A stretch of 64,000 bases of DNA from a bacterium. Its GTDB lineage: Bacteria; Zhuqueibacterota; QNDG01; DSAB01. The position numbers and the translations under genes were made by a program. The stretch is from NCBI GenBank assembly GCA_016931965.1, contig JAFGDT010000110.1, forward strand, positions 40,377 through 104,376, written 5' to 3'. Shown here piece by piece: positions 48,468-58,086 of the stretch. Under the pieces are notes generated by a model. The model was not told where the DNA came from. It was given only the letters and a program-made list of their open reading frames with translations, and did not search any database. The number at the start of each line of letters is the position of its first letter. The first letter of the stretch is position 1.

Positions 48468-49259
48468 ATGTTGAAAGTGACAATCTGTGAATTGAATGAC
48501 CAAACGGATCGACTCAAAAAGGATTGGGAAGGGTTGGTAAAACATGTCAGGAAGGAGAAGAGTGATCTTGTTTTGTTGCCCGAAATGATTTTTATCCCCT
48601 GGATTTTCCGAAAGTCCCAGTATGATTCTGTTTGTTGGGAACAAGCCGTGAACGCGCATCGCGTATGGGAAGCCCGTTTTTCTGAAATGGCATCCGCCGT
48701 TCTCATCGGTTCACGACCTGTGAACAGAGAAGGTAAGCGATACAATGAAGGATTTGTCTGGGACGGGAAAAAAGGTATACGTGCAGTCCATAAAAAATCC
48801 TACCTGCCTGATGAAGAGGATTTCTGGGAGGCTTCCTGGTATGATCGGGGACAAGGATTTTTTCGCCCTTTTCAGATAGCGGAAGCTCGAATTGGAATGT
48901 TGATCTGTACTGAAATCTGGTTTTTTCAACATGCGCGTAATTACGGACAAAAAGGGATTCATCTGATTGTCCATCCACGGGCAACGGGAAAATCGACTCT
49001 CGAAAAATGGCTGCTCGCAGGACGCGTCGCCTCTGTTGTAGCCGGTGGTTTTTGTATCTCTTCCAATCGAATCAATGCAGATGATTCTGAATCGGGCATG
49101 GGTGGTATGGGATGGATTACAGGACCTAACGGAGAAGTCCTGGCCCTCACCTCTCAAAAACAGCCCTTTATCACTTTAGAGATTGATTTAGATGAAGCGG
49201 AACATGCAAAAGGCACTTATCCAAGATATGTAACTGATTTGTCTGAGTCAAAGGTATAG
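48468..49259 (+). CDS. carbon-nitrogen hydrolase (nitrilase-superfamily) protein
   Basis: VLLPEM (the catalytic Glu), a Lys at HKKSYL, and MLICTEIWF (Cys) make the Glu-Lys-Cys triad. Confidence 0.8.
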   Translation: MLKVTICELNDQTDRLKKDWEGLVKHVRKEKSDLVLLPEMIFIPWIFRKSQYDSVCWEQAVNAHRVWEARFSEMASAVLIGSRPVNREGKRYNEGFVWDGKKGIRAVHKKSYLPDEEDFWEASWYDRGQGFFRPFQIAEARIGMLICTEIWFFQHARNYGQKGIHLIVHPRATGKSTLEKWLLAGRVASVVAGGFCISSNRINADDSESGMGGMGWITGPNGEVLALTSQKQPFITLEIDLDEAEHAKGTYPRYVTDLSESKV

Positions 49260-49261
49260 AC

Positions 49262-51244
49262 ATGGAATCGGTAAAAAAGTTTTTACAATCCTTTGTTTAT
49301 CTGGGTTTATTGTACTCAATTATTCTGATTATTTCCTGTGCTTCCACCAGTGATTGGGCTCAGCGAATATCGTGGGAAGATCTGGAACTGGTTGATATTC
49401 CAGGCCAGGAGGCCTATCCGGATGCCGGGGCGATCATCCTTTTAGATGAAGGCCGAATGGAAATCTTTGGCGGAGATCAGATTGGTTTTAGTGTTTTTAA
49501 CCACCATCGAATCGTCAAAATATTGAATCCCCGCGGGCTGCCCTTTGTCAATGTGTCCATCCCTTATCATTCGGATGCTGAAGTGAATCATATTCAGGCG
49601 CGGACCATTACGCCGGAAGGAGAAATCATTGTATTGGATGATGAAAACATCTATGATGTTTCTGCCTATACCAGTTTTATTTTCTATTCAGATCAACGGG
49701 CAAAATTGTTTACGATGCCTGCCGTTGAAAATGGATCCATCATTGAATACCGTTACAGTATCAGAATTTGGAATCGTACACTATGGCATTCCTGGATCTT
49801 CCAGAATACGGAACCTACACTCCTGTCCCGTTTTAGTTTAATTGAACCCTCTGAGTGGAAAGTGAATCATCGTCTGTATCACATCGATGTTCAACCCCAG
49901 GTAACGGGGGCTCCAGAAGGATTTAAATCCACTTATGTCTGGGAGGTCAGGAATGTAGCACCCGTAAAATCGGAATATGCCATGCCGTCGGCGAACGAAA
50001 TATTGGCCCGACTTGAGTTTGCTCCTGTGGGCGTTCAAGAATGGGATGATGTGGCAAAATGGTATTTCGATTTGTCTGATCCTCAAACTGTAACAAATTC
50101 CGAAATCAAAGACCAGGTATTGAATCTAACAGTCCAGGCAAAAACCGATGAAGAAAAACTCAAAGCCATTTATGAGTGGGTGCGTGATCATATTCGATAT
50201 ATCGCGGTCTCCATCGGTATTGGCGGGTATCAGCCCAATCCTGTATCGGAGATTTATCTCAGTCGATATGGGGATTGCAAGGATATGACCACCCTGCTCT
50301 GTGCCATGGCCCGAGAAGCGGGAATCGAAGCTTACCAGGCACTGATCAGCACATGGCCGAATGGCAAGATTGATCCTGAACTGCCTTCGCCATTTCAGTT
50401 CAATCACGTCATTGGTTATTTCCCTGCAGTTGGAGATAGCGGTATCTGGCTGGATGCCACAGAAAAGGGATGTCCCTTTAATCAGTTGCCCTGGTATGAC
50501 CGGGGATTGTCCGTCCTGGCTGTCGGGGAGAAGGGGAGAGGGGAGATGATGGTAACGCCCCGCAGCCCGGAGGAGAGCAATCGCGTTGTCTTCGACTGGA
50601 ATGTGTATTTGGAATCCTCAGGAGCAGCAGTAGTACAAGGGAGAACACTATATTCGGGAGCGCGGGCCGCCGAACTCAGGGAAGAATTAATCTATGCCTC
50701 GCAGGACGAACAGCGCCGCTGGATCGTAACTTTTTTGGCCGAGCGGTGCTGCGGTGTCGTACTGGATTCGTTTCATATTGATGGACTGCAGCCGGTTCGG
50801 GATCCGCTGGTCATAGAATATGCCCTGCATACGGATACTTTCATTTTGCCCCAATCGCAAAAGATGATTTTCCGTCCCAGCGTGATCCTTTCACTCGGAC
50901 TGGCTTCTTCTTTTCGTGCGCCCGAACGCGCTCATCCGATTCGGATTCCGTATGCATTCCAGGACAGCTTGGATCTGACTGTGCAGATTCCTCAGGGCTG
51001 GATTGTGGAGACTTCTATGATGTCCGACTCTCTCAGGTCTCCATTTGGTTCGGCGAATTGGTCCTGGGCTTTCGATGAAAAAGAGATTCAGATTGAGACG
51101 AATTATCAGCTGTCCGGAAGAGATATCGTGCCTGAAGATTATCACGCATTTCAGGCCTTTCTCGACAGTATTCATGAGAATGATTTAAGGGATATTATTC
51201 TTGTGAATCGTGAAGGTGTCGGAGAATCAGAACAGGTTAATTGA
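49262..51244 (+). CDS. DUF3857 plus transglutaminase-like domain protein, secreted
   Basis: There is a signal peptide, an N-terminal DUF3857-like beta region and RYGDCKDMTTLLCAMAREAGIEAY, the transglutaminase-core Cys. Confidence 0.75.
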   Translation: MESVKKFLQSFVYLGLLYSIILIISCASTSDWAQRISWEDLELVDIPGQEAYPDAGAIILLDEGRMEIFGGDQIGFSVFNHHRIVKILNPRGLPFVNVSIPYHSDAEVNHIQARTITPEGEIIVLDDENIYDVSAYTSFIFYSDQRAKLFTMPAVENGSIIEYRYSIRIWNRTLWHSWIFQNTEPTLLSRFSLIEPSEWKVNHRLYHIDVQPQVTGAPEGFKSTYVWEVRNVAPVKSEYAMPSANEILARLEFAPVGVQEWDDVAKWYFDLSDPQTVTNSEIKDQVLNLTVQAKTDEEKLKAIYEWVRDHIRYIAVSIGIGGYQPNPVSEIYLSRYGDCKDMTTLLCAMAREAGIEAYQALISTWPNGKIDPELPSPFQFNHVIGYFPAVGDSGIWLDATEKGCPFNQLPWYDRGLSVLAVGEKGRGEMMVTPRSPEESNRVVFDWNVYLESSGAAVVQGRTLYSGARAAELREELIYASQDEQRRWIVTFLAERCCGVVLDSFHIDGLQPVRDPLVIEYALHTDTFILPQSQKMIFRPSVILSLGLASSFRAPERAHPIRIPYAFQDSLDLTVQIPQGWIVETSMMSDSLRSPFGSANWSWAFDEKEIQIETNYQLSGRDIVPEDYHAFQAFLDSIHENDLRDIILVNREGVGESEQVN

Positions 51245-51264
51245 AATAATTCAGGTACATTGTT

Positions 51265-51660
51265 TATAAAATTTGTGGGTGGTAGAGTACTGAGAAAAGA
51301 GATGCTGAATCAATGCTGAAATAAATTCAGCACAAGGTTCAGCATGACAGAATCGAAGATGGTGTTGTCATTCTGAGTCCCACTTTGTGGGACGAAGAAT
51401 CTGGGGAGATGGGATTTTTAGCAATGAAAAGTCCTTTTCACCACTCCGGATCCTTCGCTCCGGGAAAATGGAGCTCAGGATGACAGATCGTATAACAGAA
51501 TGCTGAACCCAGAGATGATGAGACGAGGGATCCTAAAAAAGAGACCCTGAAACAAGTTCAGGGTGACAAATAAAGGGGGAGGTGTCATCCTGAATTGATT
51601 TCAGGATCTGGGGTGGTAGAAAAACATCATATTTGATATGGCAAACTTACTTTTCAAATT
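51265..51660. repeat. thicket of palindromic, MITE-like repeats upstream of the GIY-YIG gene
   Basis: Recurrent motifs are GATGCTGAATCAATGCTGAAATAAATTCAGCACAAGGTTCAGCATGACA (51301-51349, an exact copy also at 52147-52195), GTCATCCTGAATTGATTTCAGGATCTGGGG and the nested inverted repeat GTCATTCTGAGTCC...GGAGCTCAGGATGAC. Confidence 0.8.
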
Positions 51661-52023
51661 ATGCGTCGAAAATATTATGTATACATACTGACCAATAAAA
51701 AAAACCGGGTGCTCTACATAGGTGTTACGAATAATTTGCCCCGAAGAATATGGGAGCATAAGCAGAAGTTGGTCAAGGGATTTACTCATAAGTACAATTG
51801 TACAAAGTTAATTTATTTTGAAGAAACCGAATCCGTCTATTCTGCAATAGAACGAGAGAAACAGCTCAAGAACTGGCGCAGAGAATGGAAGATAGATTTG
51901 ATCTCCGAGATGAATCCGAATTGGGAGGATCTTGCTGTAAAATATCATATGTTCGGAGAAGATGATAAGGATTCTAAAACAGGAGATGCTGAAAAAATAG
52001 ATGCTGAATCAAGTTCAGCATGA
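51661..52023 (+). CDS. GIY-YIG nuclease family protein
   Basis: MRRKYYVYILTNKKNRVLYIGVTNNLPRRIWEHKQ is the canonical GIY-YIG start. The C-terminal ~25 codons run into the repeat. Confidence 0.8.
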   Translation: MRRKYYVYILTNKKNRVLYIGVTNNLPRRIWEHKQKLVKGFTHKYNCTKLIYFEETESVYSAIEREKQLKNWRREWKIDLISEMNPNWEDLAVKYHMFGEDDKDSKTGDAEKIDAESSSA

Positions 52024-52262
52024 CAGGGTTCAGCATGACAAAATAGTGGAGGGGGATGTTGTTATCCTGAACTCGTTTCAGGATCTGGGTGGTGTGGTAC
52101 TGAAAACAGGGATGCTGAATCAAGTTCAGCATGACAAGAATGGTGAGATGCTGAATCAATGCTGAAATAAATTCAGCACAAGGTTCAGCATGACAAAATG
52201 AGGGAGGTTGTCATCCTGAATTTATTTCAGGATCTGGGGGGTGGAATCAGTACCGCGAAGCC
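51985..52262. repeat. thicket of palindromic, MITE-like repeats downstream of the GIY-YIG gene
   Basis: GATGCTGAATCAAGTTCAGCATGACA occurs twice. GTYATCCTGAAYTNRTTTCAGGATCTGGG occurs at 52056-52090 and 52209-52240. There is an exact 49-bp copy of the upstream repeat. Confidence 0.8.
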
Positions 52263-52267
52263 ATCCA

Positions 52268-53536
52268 TTATTCAGCTTTTTTTAAAATACCCTCTCCGTG
52301 CTTAATGACGCCCACCTTTGCATTTTTCCCGTGTCGATTGAGAGCCTGTGCGAAAGCCTCATCGAAATCTGTTGTTGCGGACATGCCGACCCGGCCTGCT
52401 TCTTTTGCGGTAATGCCGTCTGTTACAAGGTGGATGTGAATGCGTCTTCTCACCCGGTCAAAGGCCATGTATGTGGCAGCCGCCACCGGATCGGCGATTC
52501 GATGGTTGTGAACCTGTTCCAATATCTTTTTCGCAGGCGTCATACCCATTTCAACAAACTGGGGATGATCCCGTGTGATTCCCTCCGGAGCCGGTACGAG
52601 AAGAATCAGGGTGGTTCCCTCTTTCATCTCCCGGCCGTAATTAATGAGAGGTTTGAATCCCTGCCATAGGTCGCGGTCTGCCGGATGCGAACTGGCGATG
52701 AGGATATTCGGCTCTTCATCGTATTCCATCATGTATATAGACTGGGCGGTTTTTACTCCCTGGCGATGGGCGAGAACAACATCACCAGCGACGACGTCTA
52801 CAATCTGTTTATGACGATTCAAAACCACATTAAGAATAAACTTGAGTCCTGTTTGAATAGCCATCTTTTCCATTTCTTTGCGGACTGGATTTTCAGCGTG
52901 TCCTAGTATGGTGTCTATTTGGCTTGATCCAGACAGATGCGTGCTGGCCGTTGTGATTGCACTCGAAACGCCCGGTTGAATCATTTTCGCGCCCCCTGTC
53001 CAGCCTGCGTACATGTGGGGGACAATGCTGCCCACCGCAATGCTCAGCGGGGTTTCCACATATTTTCGGCTCACCTGGACTGGCGTGCCCACCGGGGTTG
53101 AACCAAAATCGACAAAATCATCCGGATTCTGCGGCAGGTTTTCAACTCGAACCCGGCTCATCACTTTTTCGCCAAACCGCACTCGGCACTCCTCCTCGGT
53201 CATGGGACGGTGGGTTCCAAGGGCGATTAACACCGTTACGGCGCTGTCGGGAACGCCGGCATGGTTCAGCTCATCCAGAAGAACCGGCAAAATGAGATGC
53301 TGAGGTGTGGAACGGGTGCTGTCATCGGCCAGAATGATGGTTTCTTTGCCATGTTGTCTGACCAGATCGGAAAGTGGGGATGTTCCGATCGGTTTACGAA
53401 GTGCTTCTCTGATGGATTCCTCTGGATTTTTCAGAGTTGAAGCATCATTCAGGTCTTTTATCCAGATCAGGAAGTCTTCATCAACGTTCAGAATCTTTTT
53501 TCCATTTCCGTATGGTATTTCAATTTGTTTGATCAC
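52268..53536 (-). CDS. larA: lactate racemase (LarA, DUF2088) family protein
   Basis: The N-terminus reads IEIPYGNGKKIL...ILADDSTRSTPQHLILPVLLDELNHAGVPD...ALGTHRPMTEEE, matching the LarA family. Confidence 0.85.
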   Translation of the reverse strand: MIKQIEIPYGNGKKILNVDEDFLIWIKDLNDASTLKNPEESIREALRKPIGTSPLSDLVRQHGKETIILADDSTRSTPQHLILPVLLDELNHAGVPDSAVTVLIALGTHRPMTEEECRVRFGEKVMSRVRVENLPQNPDDFVDFGSTPVGTPVQVSRKYVETPLSIAVGSIVPHMYAGWTGGAKMIQPGVSSAITTASTHLSGSSQIDTILGHAENPVRKEMEKMAIQTGLKFILNVVLNRHKQIVDVVAGDVVLAHRQGVKTAQSIYMMEYDEEPNILIASSHPADRDLWQGFKPLINYGREMKEGTTLILLVPAPEGITRDHPQFVEMGMTPAKKILEQVHNHRIADPVAAATYMAFDRVRRRIHIHLVTDGITAKEAGRVGMSATTDFDEAFAQALNRHGKNAKVGVIKHGEGILKKAE

Positions 53537-53567
53537 GGATGTTCCTTTGAGTGTGTCTTACAAACCA

Positions 53568-53600
53568 CCCTCTCCTTAATCCTCTCCCTGAGGGAGAGGA
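53568..53600. repeat. 33-bp hairpin repeat (left flank of DUF559 gene 2)
   Basis: CCCTCTCCTTAATCCTCTCCCTGAGGGAGAGGA. The same sequence with one mismatch lies at 53961-53993 in direct orientation. Confidence 0.8.
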
Positions 53601-53614
53601 AATGATGAAGGTGG

Positions 53615-53956
53615 TTATTCACAATATCTCCATATTTCTTCTAATACATCTGTACTATTTTGTAACACTTCGTGGTTCCAAAATCGAATGACTTGATACC
53701 CCTCGTTATTCAGCCATTGCGTTCTGATTAGGTCTTTCTTTTGGTTTTCATTATGTTGACTCCCATCGACCTCTATAATGAGTCTTTTTTCAAAACAGAT
53801 GAGATCAACGATATAGGGGCCTATGGGTTGTTGCCTTCTGAACTTTAAATGATTAAATCGTTTTCCTCTTAAATGGTGCCAGAGTAACCGTTCAGCATCT
53901 GTCGAGTTTTTTCTTAATTTTCTGGCCAATTGGGTGAATGGTTTTCGTATCCTCAC
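53615..53956 (-). CDS. DUF559 (Vsr-like) endonuclease-domain protein, second copy
   Basis: FTQLARKLRKNSTDAERLLWHHLR...IIEVDGSQH. It is flanked by 33-bp direct hairpin repeats. Confidence 0.75.
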   Translation of the reverse strand: MRIRKPFTQLARKLRKNSTDAERLLWHHLRGKRFNHLKFRRQQPIGPYIVDLICFEKRLIIEVDGSQHNENQKKDLIRTQWLNNEGYQVIRFWNHEVLQNSTDVLEEIWRYCE

Positions 53957-53960
53957 CCTG

Positions 53961-53993
53961 CCCTCTCCTTAATCCTCTCCCTCAGGGAGAGGA
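53961..53993. repeat. 33-bp hairpin repeat (right flank of DUF559 gene 2)
   Basis: CCCTCTCCTTAATCCTCTCCCTCAGGGAGAGGA. Confidence 0.8.
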
Positions 53994-54026
53994 AGGTGAT
54001 ATGTATAAATGATCGGCTTTTGCTTT

Positions 54027-57000
54027 TTATCTTTCTTCTTCCAACAACCGTTCATAGTATTGCCGGATCAAATCCTGATAATCTTTTGTATAACCTTCGT
54101 CTCCCAAACGCAATATATCCCGGAGGATACGTTCTCGTCCCGTTTGTTGTTCCAGCGAGAGCGCTTCCGGACTTTGCCGGATCACATCTTCACCCGTAAG
54201 CGACTCTCTCTCCCGGCTGTAATCCCGTTTCCTGACGGAGCGCTGGGCGTCGAGTAGGCGGGATAAAATCCGCTCCTGTCGCTCGATTGTTTCCTGATCG
54301 GCTCTCTGCTGCTCCAGATCCTCGATCACCGATTCCATATCCTCGACCATTTGATCAAGTCTCCCGGTGATTTCCGAACGGTCGCCGAATTCTCTGAGTA
54401 GATCTTCCATGGCTTTTTTCACCGCACTTTGTTCAGCGGCCAGCCTGGCCATAGCGGCCTGTTCCTCGAGGGATAATTGTCCGTCTTGAAAGAGATCCAT
54501 CATCTGCTGGTTGATACCCAGTTGCATTTGACTCATCTTTTCAAGGCCCGCCATGTATTGTTCCATGCCCAGTCCGGAACCCGAACCGGCCAGTTGTTCC
54601 AGTGCCTCCTGTATGGCCATCACGGTTTCGTTGAGGGCTCCCATGGCTTGTCCCTGAGAGGGTCGAGCACCCTGTTGGCCCCCCGGTTGTGACATCATCT
54701 GCAGGGCATCTTTCATCTGTGTCTGGGCTTTGCCCAATGCCCTGCCCATCTCCGGCGTCACAAAAAAGGTTTCCTGAGCAAGCTGCACCAATGAATCGGC
54801 TACCTGATTCAGACCGGATAAAAGCGAAAGCTGTTTCTCCGCCGATTGCGATTCCGAGACTTCTCCTTTGGATGTTTGAGACATGAGATCTTCCTGACCA
54901 CGTGACAGCTGCAGCAATCTGTAGGATGCCCTGTTTAATGCATTGGCCACTTTTTCTTTTTGATCGCTCATCATATTCTGCTGCATCTCTTTCATCATTT
55001 CAGAGATCGACTCCATGGTCTGCTGTGCTCCAGTACCGGCGGCTGCGGCTTTTTCATTCTGTCCCGCCTCCATCATTTGTTGCATTCGACTGAACTGTCC
55101 GGAAAGATTCTCCTGATCCATTCTGTTCATAATCGCTTCAAGCTGGGAAAGCGGCATGCCAGGGAGTTCCTCCATCATATCTGAGAGGGTATCCATCTCC
55201 TGCCGGAGCAACTCCGAATCTTCCTCTATTTTTTCTTCCCTCTCGACGAGCTCGGATGATGTTTCCTCCTTCATTTGATTCAGATCCCGATTGATCCTTT
55301 CCTGTCTCTCGATGAGATCGTCCATCCGCTTCACCAGTTCATCGACCTTCTGTTCCACCCTGAGTTTCTTCAGTATGGAAATGGTTCTCTCGATGGATTT
55401 CATGAAATTTTCCTGGGAGAGCTGAAAATTGTTCATGGCCAGTTTCAACTGTTCCTGATCCACCGTGTCCAAGGCTTCCTGAAGTTTTTTCATCGTCTCA
55501 GCCAGTTCCGGTGTGATGATTTCCTGAAAAAGTTTTTGGAGTTCCTGGTATTTTTCCAGTGTTTCCATACTGAGGAGATCGTTTTTTTCCATTCGATCGA
55601 TCAAATCAGCCATTCTCTCCTGGAGATTCCTGACTTCCTCCTCCATTTGAAGTTGCTTCTCACCCATTGATTCCAGATTTTTTCGCTCTTCCCATTCCAG
55701 TTCCCGGCTGCTCTTCATCTCTTCGGCAATCTGTTCAAGCTCCTCCCGAAGGATCTCACTTTCACTGTAAATGTCATTCAAACTTTCAATCTGATCGGAC
55801 TGCTCGGCCTCCACTTCCTGGAAGATTTCGAGCAGCGACGGGAAACGGGCCGTGTAAACAGCGCTTTGGGCACGCTTCGGTCCAGAGACATCGTCATTGT
55901 CCCAGACCTCGAATCTGTAGGCAATGATGTCTTCCGGATAGAGTCCCAGTTCCTCAAGATTCCAGGTATAATTCTGAAGCACTTTTATCGGTTTGTTTTC
56001 CGTAAAGGGGAGAGTCAATACAGATGGCATTGTTTCCAAAGAGTCGATGATTCCCCCTTTGTGAATCGCGTATGCCAATTGACAAAGAGACAATCCGAAG
56101 TCATCCTCCCCTTCCAATGTGAGGGGTATTGACATGGTTTCATCCAGATCGATGTTCTTTGCCGGAAAGAGGATGCGCGCCACAGGGTGGTAATCGGGCT
56201 GGACACCGATGGAATAGACTATCGGATTGGTGTTTTTCAGTTCCAGCGTATCGGTGAGTTCGATCCAGTATCGGTCATCCTGCCGCACCACGAATTCTCC
56301 TTCCGCATTTTGCTGATGGACAATCATTTGCCTTTTACCCTCTTTTTCGAAATAGATGGATGCCTCAGAGAGGGTTTTGTTGGCTGTGACGGAAAGGTGT
56401 ATCTTTGTACCGAGGAGCGCTCTCACCTCTCCACTGTTCTCTTCCAGTCTTCTCGTGGACATGCGGGCATAGGGGGGAGGTGTGAGTGTGACCTGAAGTG
56501 TTCTTACAAGCGGGCGCTGGACCACATCGATCCGACAGGTTTCCGACCGAAACCGGTCTGCTTCAATGAAATAATCGATATCTCTTCTTATAGATGCAAT
56601 CTGGTAATGATAGGGCGGGTGAAGGATGCGTTCCTGAATAGTGTTCTCCTCCTGTAAAAAGAGTGAAATCTCCGAAGGGGCCTTTCCATCGGCTTTCACT
56701 GTGATGTCCACATCCTCCCCCTGGATGACCTGAACATTGCCGGGTAAAAGTACCAACTGAAAAGGAATCGGGAGATTAAACTCCTGATTCGGATGGCTGA
56801 GTCGATCCAGTGCCTTTCCCAACTGACTTGGGAAAAGACTGAAAATGATGATGCAAAAGAGAGCCGTTATGGTTCCGATTCGAAACATTCGGGTCAATGG
56901 TTTTTTTGATACGGTCTGTCGAAAATCGAATGATTTCACTTCCTCGTATACGGTTTCAAGAGAGGCTTCGGCCATGGATGAGGAAGTTCCATAAGATTGA

Positions 57001-57368
57001 TCCGGGTGTGAGCGAAAGACCTGGAGTGCATCGGCCAGCCGGTCCTTGATCCGGGGGAAATGTCGGCCGACTTGGATAGCCAGACTGTCATCATCGGGAA
57101 AACGGGTTTTGAACCAAAGAGAGAATAGGGGTTTGATAACCCAAAAACCGAATGCAACCGGTACACCAATCAAAAATCCAATGAAAAACAGGGTTCGAAC
57201 CGGAGATGAAAAATAAAACAGAGCCTCCAACAGGGAAAAGAATAAAATGATACCGGCACACATCACCAATCCATTCAAACTGCCTCTCAGCAGGGTAAAG
57301 ACTTTTTCCTTTTGGCGCAGTTGATGGAGCTTTATCTGAATCGTGGTGTATGTGTCATTTTTCTGCAT
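54027..57368 (-). CDS. large membrane-anchored protein (DUF4175-like) with a long Gln/Glu/Met-rich coiled-coil region
   Basis: The 1113-aa protein has N-terminal TM helices and a long coiled-coil central and C-terminal region, and ends DYQDLIRQYYERLLEEER. Confidence 0.6.
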   Translation of the reverse strand: MQKNDTYTTIQIKLHQLRQKEKVFTLLRGSLNGLVMCAGIILFFSLLEALFYFSSPVRTLFFIGFLIGVPVAFGFWVIKPLFSLWFKTRFPDDDSLAIQVGRHFPRIKDRLADALQVFRSHPDQSYGTSSSMAEASLETVYEEVKSFDFRQTVSKKPLTRMFRIGTITALFCIIIFSLFPSQLGKALDRLSHPNQEFNLPIPFQLVLLPGNVQVIQGEDVDITVKADGKAPSEISLFLQEENTIQERILHPPYHYQIASIRRDIDYFIEADRFRSETCRIDVVQRPLVRTLQVTLTPPPYARMSTRRLEENSGEVRALLGTKIHLSVTANKTLSEASIYFEKEGKRQMIVHQQNAEGEFVVRQDDRYWIELTDTLELKNTNPIVYSIGVQPDYHPVARILFPAKNIDLDETMSIPLTLEGEDDFGLSLCQLAYAIHKGGIIDSLETMPSVLTLPFTENKPIKVLQNYTWNLEELGLYPEDIIAYRFEVWDNDDVSGPKRAQSAVYTARFPSLLEIFQEVEAEQSDQIESLNDIYSESEILREELEQIAEEMKSSRELEWEERKNLESMGEKQLQMEEEVRNLQERMADLIDRMEKNDLLSMETLEKYQELQKLFQEIITPELAETMKKLQEALDTVDQEQLKLAMNNFQLSQENFMKSIERTISILKKLRVEQKVDELVKRMDDLIERQERINRDLNQMKEETSSELVEREEKIEEDSELLRQEMDTLSDMMEELPGMPLSQLEAIMNRMDQENLSGQFSRMQQMMEAGQNEKAAAAGTGAQQTMESISEMMKEMQQNMMSDQKEKVANALNRASYRLLQLSRGQEDLMSQTSKGEVSESQSAEKQLSLLSGLNQVADSLVQLAQETFFVTPEMGRALGKAQTQMKDALQMMSQPGGQQGARPSQGQAMGALNETVMAIQEALEQLAGSGSGLGMEQYMAGLEKMSQMQLGINQQMMDLFQDGQLSLEEQAAMARLAAEQSAVKKAMEDLLREFGDRSEITGRLDQMVEDMESVIEDLEQQRADQETIERQERILSRLLDAQRSVRKRDYSRERESLTGEDVIRQSPEALSLEQQTGRERILRDILRLGDEGYTKDYQDLIRQYYERLLEEER

Positions 57369-57380
57369 CGTTTTCCCATC

Positions 57381-58031
57381 TTAATTGAGCAGTGCCCATA
57401 TCAGGATGTTTGTACCCATCTTTAATGCGGCGTCCCTTTTTTCTGGGGGATCTTCATAGACATCCGGATCGACCCATCCATCGGAGATGTTGGTTTCGTA
57501 TGTGTAAAAGACCATCAGTCGGCCATCATCGTCAAAAATGCCGAATCCCTGAGGCGGTTTGTTGTCGTGCTCATGAATTTTGGGCAGCCCGTTATCAAAG
57601 CGATAGTGGATCGAATAGATACCATGTGAAAAGGGGAGTTCGACCATCTCTCTTGAAGGGAAGACTTTTTTCATGGCTTTTCTGAATGTTTCATCCAATC
57701 CGTAGTCATCATCCGTGTAAAGAAAACCCCCATGAAGAAGGTATGTTCTCAGCCTTATACTTTCCTCATCGGATAATGACAGCTGCCCGTGTCCCGTCAG
57801 AAAGAGAAAAGGATAAGAAAAAAGCTTTTCATCGGTCAAAGAGACCTGCGCTTCCTCCTGGGCAATATCCACATGTGTGTTTACCCTGACAAACGCACAC
57901 AGGTTGGGAATAGCAGACGGATCGTTATACCAGTCCCCTCCTCCCTGATATTTTACCCTTGCAATAACCAATGAACTGGACTCCGTGTTCCCCTGAGCCA
58001 GAGACAAGGTTACAAAGGAAGCCAAAATCAT
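57381..58031 (-). CDS. DUF4159-like secreted protein
   Basis: The signal peptide MILASFVTLSLAQG is followed by ARVKYQGGGDWYNDPSAIPNL. The gene ends 12 nt upstream of the DUF4175-like gene. I trimmed the ORF caller's N-terminal extension because it overlaps the DUF456 gene. Confidence 0.55.
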   Translation of the reverse strand: MILASFVTLSLAQGNTESSSLVIARVKYQGGGDWYNDPSAIPNLCAFVRVNTHVDIAQEEAQVSLTDEKLFSYPFLFLTGHGQLSLSDEESIRLRTYLLHGGFLYTDDDYGLDETFRKAMKKVFPSREMVELPFSHGIYSIHYRFDNGLPKIHEHDNKPPQGFGIFDDDGRLMVFYTYETNISDGWVDPDVYEDPPEKRDAALKMGTNILIWALLN

Positions 58032-58086
58032 CGTGGCGATCCATTTTATAAAATATGTGTGAATGATCCTTTTCACCTTGATATTC

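Noticed and set aside
51265-52262. CRISPR array
   Set aside because: The repeats are palindromic, irregularly spaced and of several different families. There are no unique spacers of uniform length and no cas genes. They are MITE/REP-like.
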